A stretch of 62,271 nt of DNA, the filler included, from Thermodesulfobacteriota bacterium (GTDB lineage: Bacteria; DASVDK01): the NCBI GenBank assembly GCA_036381125.1. It is 5 parts of 5 records of this genome, joined end to end, with 100 filler letters (N's around TTAATTAATTAA, not from the genome) between each part and the next. Parts side by side here need not be neighbours in the genome. Positions count along the whole stretch, not along the records: positions 1 to 14,562 come from DASVDK010000006.1; positions 14,663 to 24,081 come from DASVDK010000007.1; 3 more parts are not named here. One strand, 5' to 3'. Both the position numbers and the translations under genes were made by a program. Positions 8,858-17,820 of this stretch are shown here, in pieces (position 1 is the first letter of the stretch; each line of letters starts with the position of its first letter). The notes beneath the pieces are model-generated. The model was given only the letters and a program-made list of their open reading frames with translations, did not search any database and was not told where the DNA came from.

Positions 8858-9990
8858 GGCGTGTACTCGAGCACGTGCAGCCCGCCGCCCCGCCGGTCGG
8901 TGACGTAGACGAGGCCGCGGTGGTCGACGAAGACGTCGTTGCTCTGCACCGGCTGCCCCCAGTCGGAGGCGGGGATGTAGTAGCCGACCTCGGTCGGCCG
9001 GTAGGGGTCGCGGATGTCGAGGACCCTGAGCCCCGCGTTGAACCAGACGACGAACACGCGGTCGCCTGTGACCGCCTCGTGCAGGTTGTGGGCGCCGAAC
9101 CGCCCCCCGCTCGTCATGAACCCGTTCAGCTCCGGCCGGTACGTCGCGATCGGGACCGGGTTGGCCGCGTCGCGGACGTCGACGACCCAGAGGAACTGCG
9201 ACCGCTCGTAGTTCCGGTTGCCGTGGGCCTCGTCGGTCACGAGCGCCACGCCGCGCCCCGGCACCGGCACGGCGGTGTGGGTGTGCCCGTGGTACGGCGG
9301 GCTCCAGTCGAGCCGCGAGAGGAGCTTCGGCCGCGAGAGGTCCTTCACGTCGAGGATCACGAACCCCGCGTCCCAGTACCCGAGGTAGAGGCGGTCGCCC
9401 TCGATCCAGGGGGGACCGTGCGCGGCGAACCGCTCCCCCGGCGCCGCGTCCGACTGCTCGCCCCCGGCGGTCCACTGGCCGGGCAGCCACCAGCGCGACA
9501 CGAGGCGCGGCTTCGACGGGTCCTTGACGTCGACGATCCAGAGGATCTTGTCGAGGTAGCCGTCCTCGCCGGTCGGCAGGAGCGCGAGGCCGCGCTCGCG
9601 GTCGATCCGGAACCGGTGGACGCCGACGCCGCCGGTCACGATGGGCGGCAGCGGCCGCGGGCTCTCGGGCTTCGAGATGTCGTAGACGCGCAGCCCCGGG
9701 ACGAAGTCGCGTCCCGTGTAGCCCTTGAGCCGCTCGTTGTTCACGAACATCAGGTCGCCCCAGAGCTGCACCTTGTGCGAGTGGGTGCCGGGCGGGGCGG
9801 GGATCTGCGAGAGGACCCTCGGCTTCCTCGGGTCGGAGACGTCGAGGAGCGTCGTCCCCTCGTGCGGGTCCCCGATGGCGGCCACGCAGGCGAGGTTGCC
9901 CTGCACGACCACCTGGGATGCGTCGCCCCATCCACCCAGGTCCGACCGCCCGACGAGCCGGACCCGCTTCGCCTGTTCGCCAGTCGCCAT
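8854..9990 (-). CDS. LVIVD-repeat beta-propeller protein, cytoplasmic
   Basis: Repeats LLDVSDPRKP, VYDISKPESP, IVDVKDPSKP, ILDVKDLSRP, VVDVRDAANP, VLDIRDPYRP; His motifs HSHK, HTHT, GAHN; no signal peptide. Confidence 0.85.
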   Translation of the reverse strand: MATGEQAKRVRLVGRSDLGGWGDASQVVVQGNLACVAAIGDPHEGTTLLDVSDPRKPRVLSQIPAPPGTHSHKVQLWGDLMFVNNERLKGYTGRDFVPGLRVYDISKPESPRPLPPIVTGGVGVHRFRIDRERGLALLPTGEDGYLDKILWIVDVKDPSKPRLVSRWWLPGQWTAGGEQSDAAPGERFAAHGPPWIEGDRLYLGYWDAGFVILDVKDLSRPKLLSRLDWSPPYHGHTHTAVPVPGRGVALVTDEAHGNRNYERSQFLWVVDVRDAANPVPIATYRPELNGFMTSGGRFGAHNLHEAVTGDRVFVVWFNAGLRVLDIRDPYRPTEVGYYIPASDWGQPVQSNDVFVDHRGLVYVTDRRGGGLHVLEYTP

Positions 9991-10013
9991 ACGCCTCCTC
10001 TCCCCGGATGCGC

Positions 10014-10802
10014 TCAGATGGACTGGTAGACGCCGCCGTCGACGTGCCACGCGGCCCCGGTCACGAAGCTCGCCCGCTCGGAGGCGAGGAAGGCGACCAC
10101 GCTGGCCACCTCCTCCGGCCGCCCCATCCGGCCGAGCGGGATCCTGGCGATCCGCTCCCGGCGGACCTCGGCCTCGGTCTGCCCGGTGAGGGCCGCCCAC
10201 TCCCGCATCGTCTCGTCCTGCCGGTCGGTGTCGATGATGTGCGGGATGACGGCGTTCACGTGGATGCCGTCCTTCGCGAGCCCGGCGGCCAGCGCCTTGG
10301 TGAGGTTCAGGACGGCGGCGTTGTTGAGGCCGACCGGGATCGTCTGGTAGTGCGGCTGCCGCGCGGCGAGCCCGCACACGTTGACGATCCGCCCCCACCG
10401 CCGCTCGCGCATCGGCGGGATCGCGTGCCGCAGGCAGCGCACGTAGCCGTTCAGCTTCTGCTCGAACACCTGGCCCCACCGCTCCTCGGTGAGCCTCAGG
10501 AAATCGTCGGGGATGACCGTCGCGGCCGCGTTCACGAGGATGTCGAGCCTCCCGAACGCCGCGAGGGTCTTCTCGACGAGCGCCCGCGCGTCGGCGTCCC
10601 GCTCGAGGTCGGTCGGCACCGCCCGCACGTCGCCGCCGGTCTCGCGGGCCAGCGCGGCGCGGGCCGCCTCCAGGCGACCGGGGTCGCGGCTCGCGACGAC
10701 CACCCGGGCGCCTTCCGCAAGGAGCGCGGCGGCGATCGCCCGGCCGACTCCGCGGCTGCCGCCGGTCACGATCGCCACGCGATCGCGAAGTCCGAGATCC
10801 AT
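10014..10802 (-). CDS. SDR family oxidoreductase
   Basis: MDLGLRDRVAIVTGGSRGVG, VNAA, IPLGRMGRPEEVA, FVTGAAWHVDGG; canonical YxxxK is replaced (VGLNN). Confidence 0.9.
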   Translation of the reverse strand: MDLGLRDRVAIVTGGSRGVGRAIAAALLAEGARVVVASRDPGRLEAARAALARETGGDVRAVPTDLERDADARALVEKTLAAFGRLDILVNAAATVIPDDFLRLTEERWGQVFEQKLNGYVRCLRHAIPPMRERRWGRIVNVCGLAARQPHYQTIPVGLNNAAVLNLTKALAAGLAKDGIHVNAVIPHIIDTDRQDETMREWAALTGQTEAEVRRERIARIPLGRMGRPEEVASVVAFLASERASFVTGAAWHVDGGVYQSI

Positions 10803-10823
10803 GCTCTCTCCTCAGGTGACATC

Positions 10824-10897
10824 GGGGTCAGGCCTTTCCATTTTCCATGGGGTCAGGCCTTTCCGTTTTCCAGGGGGTCAGGTCTTTCCGTTTTCCG
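10824..10897. repeat. GGGGTCAGG-family intergenic repeat cluster B (3 tandem units)
   Basis: ggggtcaggcctttccattttcca-t-ggggtcaggcctttccgttttcca-g-ggggtcaggtctttccgttttccg. Confidence 0.92.
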
Positions 10898-10957
10898 CCG
10901 GCCTGAATCCGCGAGCCGGCGACCGTGCCGGGGCGCCGCTCGCATCGACGCCACGTG

Positions 10958-12358
10958 CTAGGCGCGCGCCCGTCTGGCCGCGGCCGCCGGCGCCAGCGCT
11001 TCGCCGAGCGGCTCGAGAGTGGACAGCCGCGGCAGCCCGAGGAGCAGCGCCACCAGGCGGTCGACGCGCTCGGCGGTGAAGGCCGGCCCCGCCGCGGCCG
11101 CGCAGTCGCGGAACTTCGCGATCAGCTCGTCGGTCGAGAGCGGCTGATCGGCCCGGCCGCGGCTCACCTCGAGCGCCCGCTCGAGCTTCCGGCCGTCGCG
11201 CAGCGTGACGACGACGCGCGTCGACCAGCGGCCGGTGAGCCGGTCGTCCTGGACGACCGTCACCCGCGACGCGAGCCGTCGGCGCTCCGGGTCGAGCGTC
11301 CGGGACCGGTCGAGGTCGGCGAGGCGGACGTTGCCCGTCAGTATCGCCGTGGCCACCGTGTAGCCGAGGCTGAACTGCGCCGCGACCTGGGGGTTGTCGC
11401 CCGGCTCGTACGGCCGCCCCACCATGCCGGTGACGAAGGCCGACCCGTAGACCTCGACCGCCTCGACGTCGGCGGCCTCGAAGCCGGCCTCCGCCTTCAG
11501 GTCCAGCACCGCGTCGATCCCCGGGTGGGTCATGGCGCAGGTCGGATAGCGCTTGAAGCCGACCCGGTCGATCTCGAACCGGCTCCCGAGATCGGCCGTG
11601 AGGACCTCCGCGTCGTACTCTCCCTGCTCGTACAGGTGGAAGAAGCCGTGCCGGCCCTCCATGGCGTTCATCGCCCCGGTGATGCCGGCGGCCGCCATGT
11701 AGGCCGCCCGCACACCCGCCTCCGCGACGAGGCCGGGCTGCATCCGCTTGACGAGGCCGCCGTCGTGGATGCACTGCTGGTTGCCGGAGGCCTGTGCGTA
11801 GGAGAGGCCCATGGCGCGCTGGACGCCCTCGGCGTCGAGGCCGAGCATCCGCGCGGCCGCGGCCGCCGCGGCGAAGCCGGCCACGACGGCGGTCGGGTTC
11901 CAGCCGCGGAAGCCGGCCTGCCCGCGGTAGCCGCGCGTGGCGCGCGCCATCCGGCAGAGCACCTCGCACCCCGCCGCGATGGCTGCCGCCGCGTCGGCGC
12001 CCGTGGCGCCCGGCCGCGCATCGGCCACGGCCAGGACGGCCGGGAGGACGACCACGCCGAGGTGCATCGGCAGGTCGGAGTGGATGTCGTCGTACTCGAG
12101 CGCGTGGGCCATGGCCGAGTTCACGAGGGTGGCGGTCGGCGGGGCGACCCGCTCGCCGGTCACCCACAGGCGGCTCGCGCCGCGGCTCCACCCGACCGAC
12201 AGCTCCCGCAGTTCGCGCACCCCCGGCGCGTCCCAGGCGGCCAGGCCGACGCCGACCGTGTCGAGCGCGAGGCGGCCGCACGCGTCGACGGTCGAGGCCG
12301 GCAGGTCGCCGAGGGTCAGCCGGTGGGTGAACTCGGCCAGGCGCTGGGTGGCATCCAT
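10958..12358 (-). CDS. MmgE/PrpD family protein
   Basis: NSAMAHALEYDDIH, H-x-G-VVVLPA, KRMQPG, FKRYPTCAMTHPGID, AQFSLGY; AAGGAG SD. Confidence 0.92.
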   Translation of the reverse strand: MDATQRLAEFTHRLTLGDLPASTVDACGRLALDTVGVGLAAWDAPGVRELRELSVGWSRGASRLWVTGERVAPPTATLVNSAMAHALEYDDIHSDLPMHLGVVVLPAVLAVADARPGATGADAAAAIAAGCEVLCRMARATRGYRGQAGFRGWNPTAVVAGFAAAAAAARMLGLDAEGVQRAMGLSYAQASGNQQCIHDGGLVKRMQPGLVAEAGVRAAYMAAAGITGAMNAMEGRHGFFHLYEQGEYDAEVLTADLGSRFEIDRVGFKRYPTCAMTHPGIDAVLDLKAEAGFEAADVEAVEVYGSAFVTGMVGRPYEPGDNPQVAAQFSLGYTVATAILTGNVRLADLDRSRTLDPERRRLASRVTVVQDDRLTGRWSTRVVVTLRDGRKLERALEVSRGRADQPLSTDELIAKFRDCAAAAGPAFTAERVDRLVALLLGLPRLSTLEPLGEALAPAAAARRARA

Positions 12359-12387
12359 CGAGGTCTCCTTGCGTCTCGTGGCCCTGG

Positions 12388-14391
12388 CTACACGAGCAGG
12401 CCCGGTGGTGTCGGAATCCCGAGGACGAGCTTGAACATCACGTAGACGAAGACCGTGAATCCCGCGGCGAAGCCGAGCGGCAGGGCGGCCCGGCGGGCGC
12501 CCCGCACGTCGGGCGAGAGGATCCAGGTCGTCGCGAACAGGAAGAGGAAGGCGCACTCGTAGAACCCGATCGCGTCGGTGCCGATCGCGAGGACGACGAC
12601 CGCGACCGCGATGGCGAGGAGCTGCCCCCAGGGGACGTTCGCGAACGGGAAGGCGCGTGCCCTGAGGGCGCCGGTCTTCGGCAGCAGGTTCACGACGAGG
12701 AGCACCGCGCCGAGGAGCACGAAGGCGACGGCCAGGATCCACGGCAGGCCCGCCGCCATCTCCGAGAAGTACCGCGCCTCGCTGCCGATGAAGACCCCCA
12801 GGGCGACGAGCGCGACCGCGAGCGCGACGTTGAGCGCCCGGAGGCTCGGGCCGCGCGGGGTCGCCGCCGGCCCGGGCTCGCCCTCGTCGGCCTCCATGCC
12901 GGGCCCGCGGCCCCGCGCCATCTGCACGATGCCCGAGATCAGGATGCCGAAGGCGAGGAGCATGAGCCCCACGGCGACGGGGCGGGTCAGGAAGTACATC
13001 AGGGCGGAGCCCTTGTCGACCTGGCCCACCAGGACCGCCTGCTGGAAGCTCTGCTCGACGAGGGCGCCGAGCACGAGGCCGAGCGCGATCGTCACGATGG
13101 GGACGTCGATCTTCGCGAGGAGATAGCCGAGCAGGCCCGTGACGACCAGGACGTAGACGTCGAAGACGCTGTTGGCGAGCCCGTAGGTGCCGATGACCGA
13201 GAGGACCAGGACGCCCGGGACCATGACGCGCCGCGGCGCGCGCACGGCGAGGCTCGACCAGCGGATGGTGGCGAGCCCGAAGAGGAGCATGGCGACCACG
13301 GTCGAGAAGAGGCCGATCACGAAAGTGTAGATCAGGTCGGCCCGCTCCGTGAAGAGGCGGGGACCCGGGATGATGCCGTGCACCGTCAGGGCGCCGAACA
13401 TCACGGCCGCCGAGCCGGAGCCGGGGATGCCGAGGGCGAGCAGCGGCACGAGCGCGCCGCCGACGACGGCGTTGTTGGCGCACTCGGGGGCGGCGACCCC
13501 CTCGTAGGAGCCCTTCCCGAACTCCTCGGGGTGCTTCGACATCCGGCGCGCCTCCCCGTAGGCGACGAAGGCGCTGATCGAGGCGCCGGCGCCCGGGATG
13601 ATGCCGATCAGGGTGCCGAGGACGCTCGTCCAGAGGAGCATGAGCTTCATGCCCATGAGCTTGTCGACGACGAAGCGGAGCGCCCCCTTGCGCATGACGA
13701 GCGGCGCGACCGCCTCCTGCGAGTCCTCGAGGAGGTTCAGGATGCTCGCCACCGCGAAGAGGCCGAGGAGCGCCGGGACGATGGGGATGCCGCCGACCAG
13801 GTAGAAGTTGTCGAACGTGAAACGCATGTCGCCGCTGATGGCGTCCTGGCCGACCAGGGTCATGGCGATGCCGAGCGAGACGCCGACGAGCCCCTTGACG
13901 GTGTGCCGGCCCGAAAGGCCGGCCACGAGGGCGAGCCCGGCCACCGCGACCCAGAAGTACTCGGCCGGCCCGAGGAGGAGCGAGGCCTGCGCCAGCGGCG
14001 GGGTGAAGAAGAGCAGGACGAAGGCCCCGAAGAGGCCGCCCACCGTGCCCGCGAGGAGCGAGGTGTAGAGCGCCTCCTGCGCCTGGCCCTTCCGGGTGAG
14101 GGGGGTGCCGTCGAGCGTGGTGCAGGCGGCCCCCGACGTGCCGGGCGTGTTGATCAGGATGGCCGAGATCGACCCGCCGTACTCGGCCGACATGTAGACC
14201 GCCGCCAGCATGATGAGGCCCATGGCGGGGTCCATGGCGAACGTGAACGGCAGGAGCAGCGCGACGCCGCTCACGGCGCTCAGCCCCGGCAGCGCCCCGA
14301 TGATCGTCCCGGCGACCGTCCCGACGAGGACGACGAACAGGTGGGACGGGTAGAGGTTCACGACGATTCCGTGGAGGATGTCGCTCCACAT
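12388..14391 (-). CDS. tctA: Tripartite tricarboxylate transporter TctA fused to a C-terminal TctB-like domain
   Basis: GALPGL, YGGSISAILINTPGT, TTLDG, PECANNA, LALGIPG; about 160 extra C-terminal residues with 4-5 TMs ending FKLVLGIPTPPG. Confidence 0.88.
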   Translation of the reverse strand: MWSDILHGIVVNLYPSHLFVVLVGTVAGTIIGALPGLSAVSGVALLLPFTFAMDPAMGLIMLAAVYMSAEYGGSISAILINTPGTSGAACTTLDGTPLTRKGQAQEALYTSLLAGTVGGLFGAFVLLFFTPPLAQASLLLGPAEYFWVAVAGLALVAGLSGRHTVKGLVGVSLGIAMTLVGQDAISGDMRFTFDNFYLVGGIPIVPALLGLFAVASILNLLEDSQEAVAPLVMRKGALRFVVDKLMGMKLMLLWTSVLGTLIGIIPGAGASISAFVAYGEARRMSKHPEEFGKGSYEGVAAPECANNAVVGGALVPLLALGIPGSGSAAVMFGALTVHGIIPGPRLFTERADLIYTFVIGLFSTVVAMLLFGLATIRWSSLAVRAPRRVMVPGVLVLSVIGTYGLANSVFDVYVLVVTGLLGYLLAKIDVPIVTIALGLVLGALVEQSFQQAVLVGQVDKGSALMYFLTRPVAVGLMLLAFGILISGIVQMARGRGPGMEADEGEPGPAATPRGPSLRALNVALAVALVALGVFIGSEARYFSEMAAGLPWILAVAFVLLGAVLLVVNLLPKTGALRARAFPFANVPWGQLLAIAVAVVVLAIGTDAIGFYECAFLFLFATTWILSPDVRGARRAALPLGFAAGFTVFVYVMFKLVLGIPTPPGLLV

Positions 14392-14416
14392 GCCGGGGCG
14401 CCTCCGGGGTCATGCG

Positions 14417-14447
14417 GGACCCGGCGCGACCTGCTCGCGCCGGGTCC
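14417..14447. other. Perfect 13-bp GC stem-loop between tctC and tctA
   Basis: ggacccggcgcga-cctgc-tcgcgccgggtcc; no U-tract, so more likely an mRNA stabiliser or attenuator than a classical terminator. Confidence 0.55.
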
Positions 14448-14462
14448 TGGGGTCAGGGGTCG

Positions 14463-14562
14463 TTATTCGGCGAGCTTGTACTTCTCGACCAGCGTCTGGA
14501 TGTGCTCGGTCATGGTGTTGACGGCCGACCTGGCGTCCTGCGGGCCGAGATAGGCGACCGGC
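14463..14562 (-). CDS. 3' end of probable TctC/Bug substrate-binding protein (cut by contig end)
   Basis: PVAYLGPQDARSAVNTMTEHIQTLVEKYKLAE-TAA directly upstream of tctA. Confidence 0.6.
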
Positions 14563-14662
14563 NNNNNNNNNNNNNNNNNNNNNNNNNNNNNNNNNNNNNN
14601 NNNNNNTTAATTAATTAANNNNNNNNNNNNNNNNNNNNNNNNNNNNNNNNNNNNNNNNNNNN
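14563..14662. other. Artificial contig linker
   Basis: N44-TTAATTAATTAA-N44 (stops in all frames). Confidence 0.99.
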
Positions 14663-14946
14663 TGCTCGACGAGGTCATGGCCGCGCTCACCCCCGTCGAG
14701 ATGAACGACGTCGTCGACCTGATCCGCTCCCTCCGCGAGGAGGGGTTGACCCTCGTCGTCGTCGAGCACCACATGCGTCCGATCATGTCGCTCTGCGACC
14801 GGATCCTCGCGCTCGACTTCGGCGAGGTGATCGCCGACGGCCCGCCGGCCAGGATCGCCCGCGATCCCGCCGTCGTCCGTGCCTATCTCGGCAAGGCGGG
14901 CGGCGGGCCGGGCGAGCCGGGCTCCGGCGCGGCGGCGCCGAGGTGA
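14663..14946 (+). CDS. Branched-chain amino acid ABC ATPase, LivG-like (5' truncated)
   Basis: LDEVMAALT...VVEHHMRPIMSLCDRILALDFGEVIADG...DPAVVRAYLG. Confidence 0.88.
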
Positions 14947-14950
14947 CGTC

Positions 14951-15655
14951 GTGCTCGAGATCCGGGACCTCCACGCCGCGTACGACGGGAACGAGGTGCT
15001 CCACGGCGTGTCGCTGCAGGTGGCCCGCGGGGAGTTCGTCTGCGTGATCGGCGCCAACACCGCCGGCAAGAGCACGCTCCTCAGGAGCATCTCGCGGCTC
15101 GTGCCCCGGTCACGGGGGGAGATCCGCTTCGAGGGGCGCGACCTCATGCCGATCGCCGCCCACCGGGTCCCGGAGCTCGGCATCGCCCACGTCCCGGAGG
15201 GACGGCAGGTCTTCCCGGAGATGACGGTCGAGGAGAACCTGCGTCTCGGCGCCTACGCCCTCCGGCGCACGGCGGACGTCGGCGGGCGGCTCGAGCGGGT
15301 CTACGCCCTCTTCCCGCGCCTCGGCGAGCGCCGGGGGCAGCTCGCCGGAACCCTCTCGGGTGGGGAGCAGCAGATGGTCGCGGTCGGCCGGGCGCTGATG
15401 CTCGAGCCGAAGCTCCTGATCCTCGACGAGCCGAGTCACGGGCTGGCGCCCATGGTGGTCGACGAGCTGCACCGGACGCTCGTCGACATCCACGGCCGTG
15501 GCGTGTCGATCCTCCTCGTCGAGCAGAACGTCGCCATGGCGCTGTCGGTCGCGGAGCGCGGCTACGTGCTCGAGTCCGGGCGGGTCGTCCTCGCGGGACC
15601 GGCGGCGGCGCTGCGCGACGACGACCGGGTCCGTACCGCCTATCTGGGCATCTGA
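14951..15655 (+). CDS. Branched-chain amino acid ABC ATPase, LivF-like
   Basis: GANTAGKST, VPEGRQVF, LSGGEQQM, LDEPS, LVEQN, AYLG. Confidence 0.92.
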   Translation: MLEIRDLHAAYDGNEVLHGVSLQVARGEFVCVIGANTAGKSTLLRSISRLVPRSRGEIRFEGRDLMPIAAHRVPELGIAHVPEGRQVFPEMTVEENLRLGAYALRRTADVGGRLERVYALFPRLGERRGQLAGTLSGGEQQMVAVGRALMLEPKLLILDEPSHGLAPMVVDELHRTLVDIHGRGVSILLVEQNVAMALSVAERGYVLESGRVVLAGPAAALRDDDRVRTAYLGI

Positions 15656-15672
15656 CAGGGAGAGATGCGAGC

Positions 15673-16593
15673 ATGACCGAGCGAGTCGGCTTCATCGGCG
15701 TCGGCAAGATGGGAGCCCCGATGGTCCGCAGGCTCCTGGCCGCCGGCCACACGGTGCACCTGCACGACGTGAGCGAGGCGGCCCTTGCCCCCTTTCGTGG
15801 TCTCGAGCGGGTGGCGCTCGAGGCGTCGGCGCAGGGGGTCGCCTCCTGCGTGCCGGTCGTCCTGTTGAGCCTGCCCGGCCCTGCCGAGCTCGAGGCGGTG
15901 GCGCTCGGGCCGCAGGGGATCGTCGCCGCCGGCGCGGGGCGGTGCGTGATCGACCTGTCGACCTGCGGCGTGGCCGCCGCCCGCCGGGTGGCCGCCGCCC
16001 TCGCGGAGGCCGGCATCGGCTACGTCGACGCGCCGGTGAGCGGCGGCCCGCGCGGCGCGGAGCGGGGGACCCTGGCCGTGATGGCGGCCGGGCCCGGCGA
16101 CCTCGTGGAGCGCTACCGGGGACTCCTGTCGGTGTTCGGCTCGCGGGTCTTCGCCGTGGGGACGCAGCCGGGCCAGGGGCAGGCGATGAAGCTCGTCAAC
16201 AACATGCTCTCGGCGACGGCGATGGCCGCGACCTCCGAGGCGATGGTCGTCGCCGCCAGGGCAGGGCTCGCGCCGGCCACCGCGCTCGAGGTCCTCAACG
16301 CGAGCAGCGGCATGAACACGGCCACGCGCGACAAGTTCCCGCAGGAGGTCGTCACCCGCACCTTCAACTACGGGTTCGCCACCGGCCTGATGTACAAGGA
16401 CGTGAAGCTCTTCGAGGAGCTGGCCCAATCGCTCGGCGTGCCGACCTTCGTCGGCGACGCGGTGGCCGGCATGTGGCGCTTCGCCGTGGACCGGGGAACG
16501 GCGCAGCAGGACATCACGACGCTCGTCCGCTTCTACGAGCAGTGGGCCGGCGTCGAGGTCGGCGGCCGGGAGGCCGGGACGGAGGCGAGGTGA
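15673..16593 (+). CDS. Beta-hydroxyacid dehydrogenase (3-hydroxyisobutyrate dehydrogenase family)
   Basis: GFIGVGKMGAPM, VDAPVSGG, MKLVNN, MYKD. Confidence 0.92.
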   Translation: MTERVGFIGVGKMGAPMVRRLLAAGHTVHLHDVSEAALAPFRGLERVALEASAQGVASCVPVVLLSLPGPAELEAVALGPQGIVAAGAGRCVIDLSTCGVAAARRVAAALAEAGIGYVDAPVSGGPRGAERGTLAVMAAGPGDLVERYRGLLSVFGSRVFAVGTQPGQGQAMKLVNNMLSATAMAATSEAMVVAARAGLAPATALEVLNASSGMNTATRDKFPQEVVTRTFNYGFATGLMYKDVKLFEELAQSLGVPTFVGDAVAGMWRFAVDRGTAQQDITTLVRFYEQWAGVEVGGREAGTEAR

Positions 16594-17348
16594 TGCGCGC
16601 GCCGGTGATCCATCCCCTGCACGTCGGCGACGGGGAGCGGGACCGGGCGACCTTCGTGATGGGCGCCCCGCCGCAGCCGATCACGATCCCCTTCGTCATG
16701 TTCTACGTCGAGGCCGACGGCCGCCGGATCCTGGTCGACACCGGCGTCGGCTCGCCGGAGGCGACCGCCCGCCGTCACCACCCGATGTCGCAGGGCCCCG
16801 AGCAGACGCCGCTCGCCGCCCTCGCCCGCCTCGGCGTCCGCCCCGAGGACATCGACGTGGTCGTCAACACGCACCTCCACTGGGACCACTGCTCGAACAA
16901 CCACCTCTTCCCGAGGGCGACGATCTACGCCCAGCGAGCGGAGCTCCAGTACGCGCTCGCGCCGCTGCCGCTCCACGTCTGGGCCTACGACTCCGACGGG
17001 CTCCACGAGCCGTCGCCGCTGATCCCGCCCTTCCTCAGGGCGCGCCTCACCCTGATCGAAGGGGACCTCGAGATCGCCCCCGGGGTCACCATCTGGCACA
17101 CCCCGGGGCACACGCCGGGCCTGCAGTCGGTCGTCGTGCGGGGGGCCTCCGGCCGCTACGTCATCGCGAGCGACAACGTCCCGCTGCTCGACAACCTGCC
17201 GGGGCGCCACAGGCCGTACTTCACCCCGAACGGCATCCACGTCGACCTGTCGGCATACTACCGGAGCTTCGAGCGGATCGCGGCCGCCGGAGCCACGATC
17301 CTGCCGTCGCACGACCCCTCGGTCCTCGACCGGGAGCGGTACGAGTAG
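16593..17348 (+). CDS. Metallo-beta-lactamase fold hydrolase, AHL-lactonase-like family
   Basis: LVDTG, THLHWDH, TPGHTPG, ASD, PSHD; TGATG overlap. Confidence 0.88.
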   Translation: MRAPVIHPLHVGDGERDRATFVMGAPPQPITIPFVMFYVEADGRRILVDTGVGSPEATARRHHPMSQGPEQTPLAALARLGVRPEDIDVVVNTHLHWDHCSNNHLFPRATIYAQRAELQYALAPLPLHVWAYDSDGLHEPSPLIPPFLRARLTLIEGDLEIAPGVTIWHTPGHTPGLQSVVVRGASGRYVIASDNVPLLDNLPGRHRPYFTPNGIHVDLSAYYRSFERIAAAGATILPSHDPSVLDRERYE

Positions 17349-17442
17349 GGGTGAGACGATCGGCCGCCACCCGCGCCCCGACCTCGGGGGATCGGGGCGC
17401 GTCCGGAGACGAGGCGGACCGCACAAGAGAGGAGACTCGAGG

Positions 17443-17820
17443 ATGAATCGTTCGTTGTACGAGGCGGGCAAGGCCGTCCGGTCGGAGGTCCTCGGCCCCG
17501 AGTACGTCGAGAAGTCGCTGGCGCTCACCGACGAGTTCAACGAGCCGTGGCAGGACCTCCTGACCGAGTACTGCTGGGGGGCCATCTGGACGCGGCCCGG
17601 TCTCGACCGGCGCACCCGCAGCCTGCTGAACCTCGCCATGCTCGCCGTGCTGGGCCGGTCGCACGAGCTCGGCCTCCACATCCGGGGCGCCCTCCGCAAC
17701 GGCGCGACGAAGGAGGAGATCCGCGAGGCGCTCATGCAGGCCGCCGTGTACGGCGGCGTCCCCGCCGGCGTGGAGGCCTTCCGGACGGCCAACGCCGTCT
17801 TCGCGGAGCAGAAGGCGTGA
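17443..17820 (+). CDS. Carboxymuconolactone decarboxylase family protein
   Basis: WGAIWTRPGLDRRTRSL...ELGLHIRGALRNG...QAAVYGGVP. Confidence 0.93.
   Translation: MNRSLYEAGKAVRSEVLGPEYVEKSLALTDEFNEPWQDLLTEYCWGAIWTRPGLDRRTRSLLNLAMLAVLGRSHELGLHIRGALRNGATKEEIREALMQAAVYGGVPAGVEAFRTANAVFAEQKA

Noticed and set aside
10824-10897. CRISPR array interpretation of the 24-nt repeats
   Set aside because: Units are separated by 1-3 nt with no unique spacers, occur in both orientations, and no cas genes are present
14406-14457. GGGGTCA heads flanking the tctC-tctA hairpin as members of the repeat family
   Set aside because: Only 7-9 nt match and the TTTCC..TTTTCC body is absent
14607-14618. TTAATTAATTAA as a biological AT-rich motif
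   Set aside because: Identical in all four N-flanked linkers; synthetic spacer
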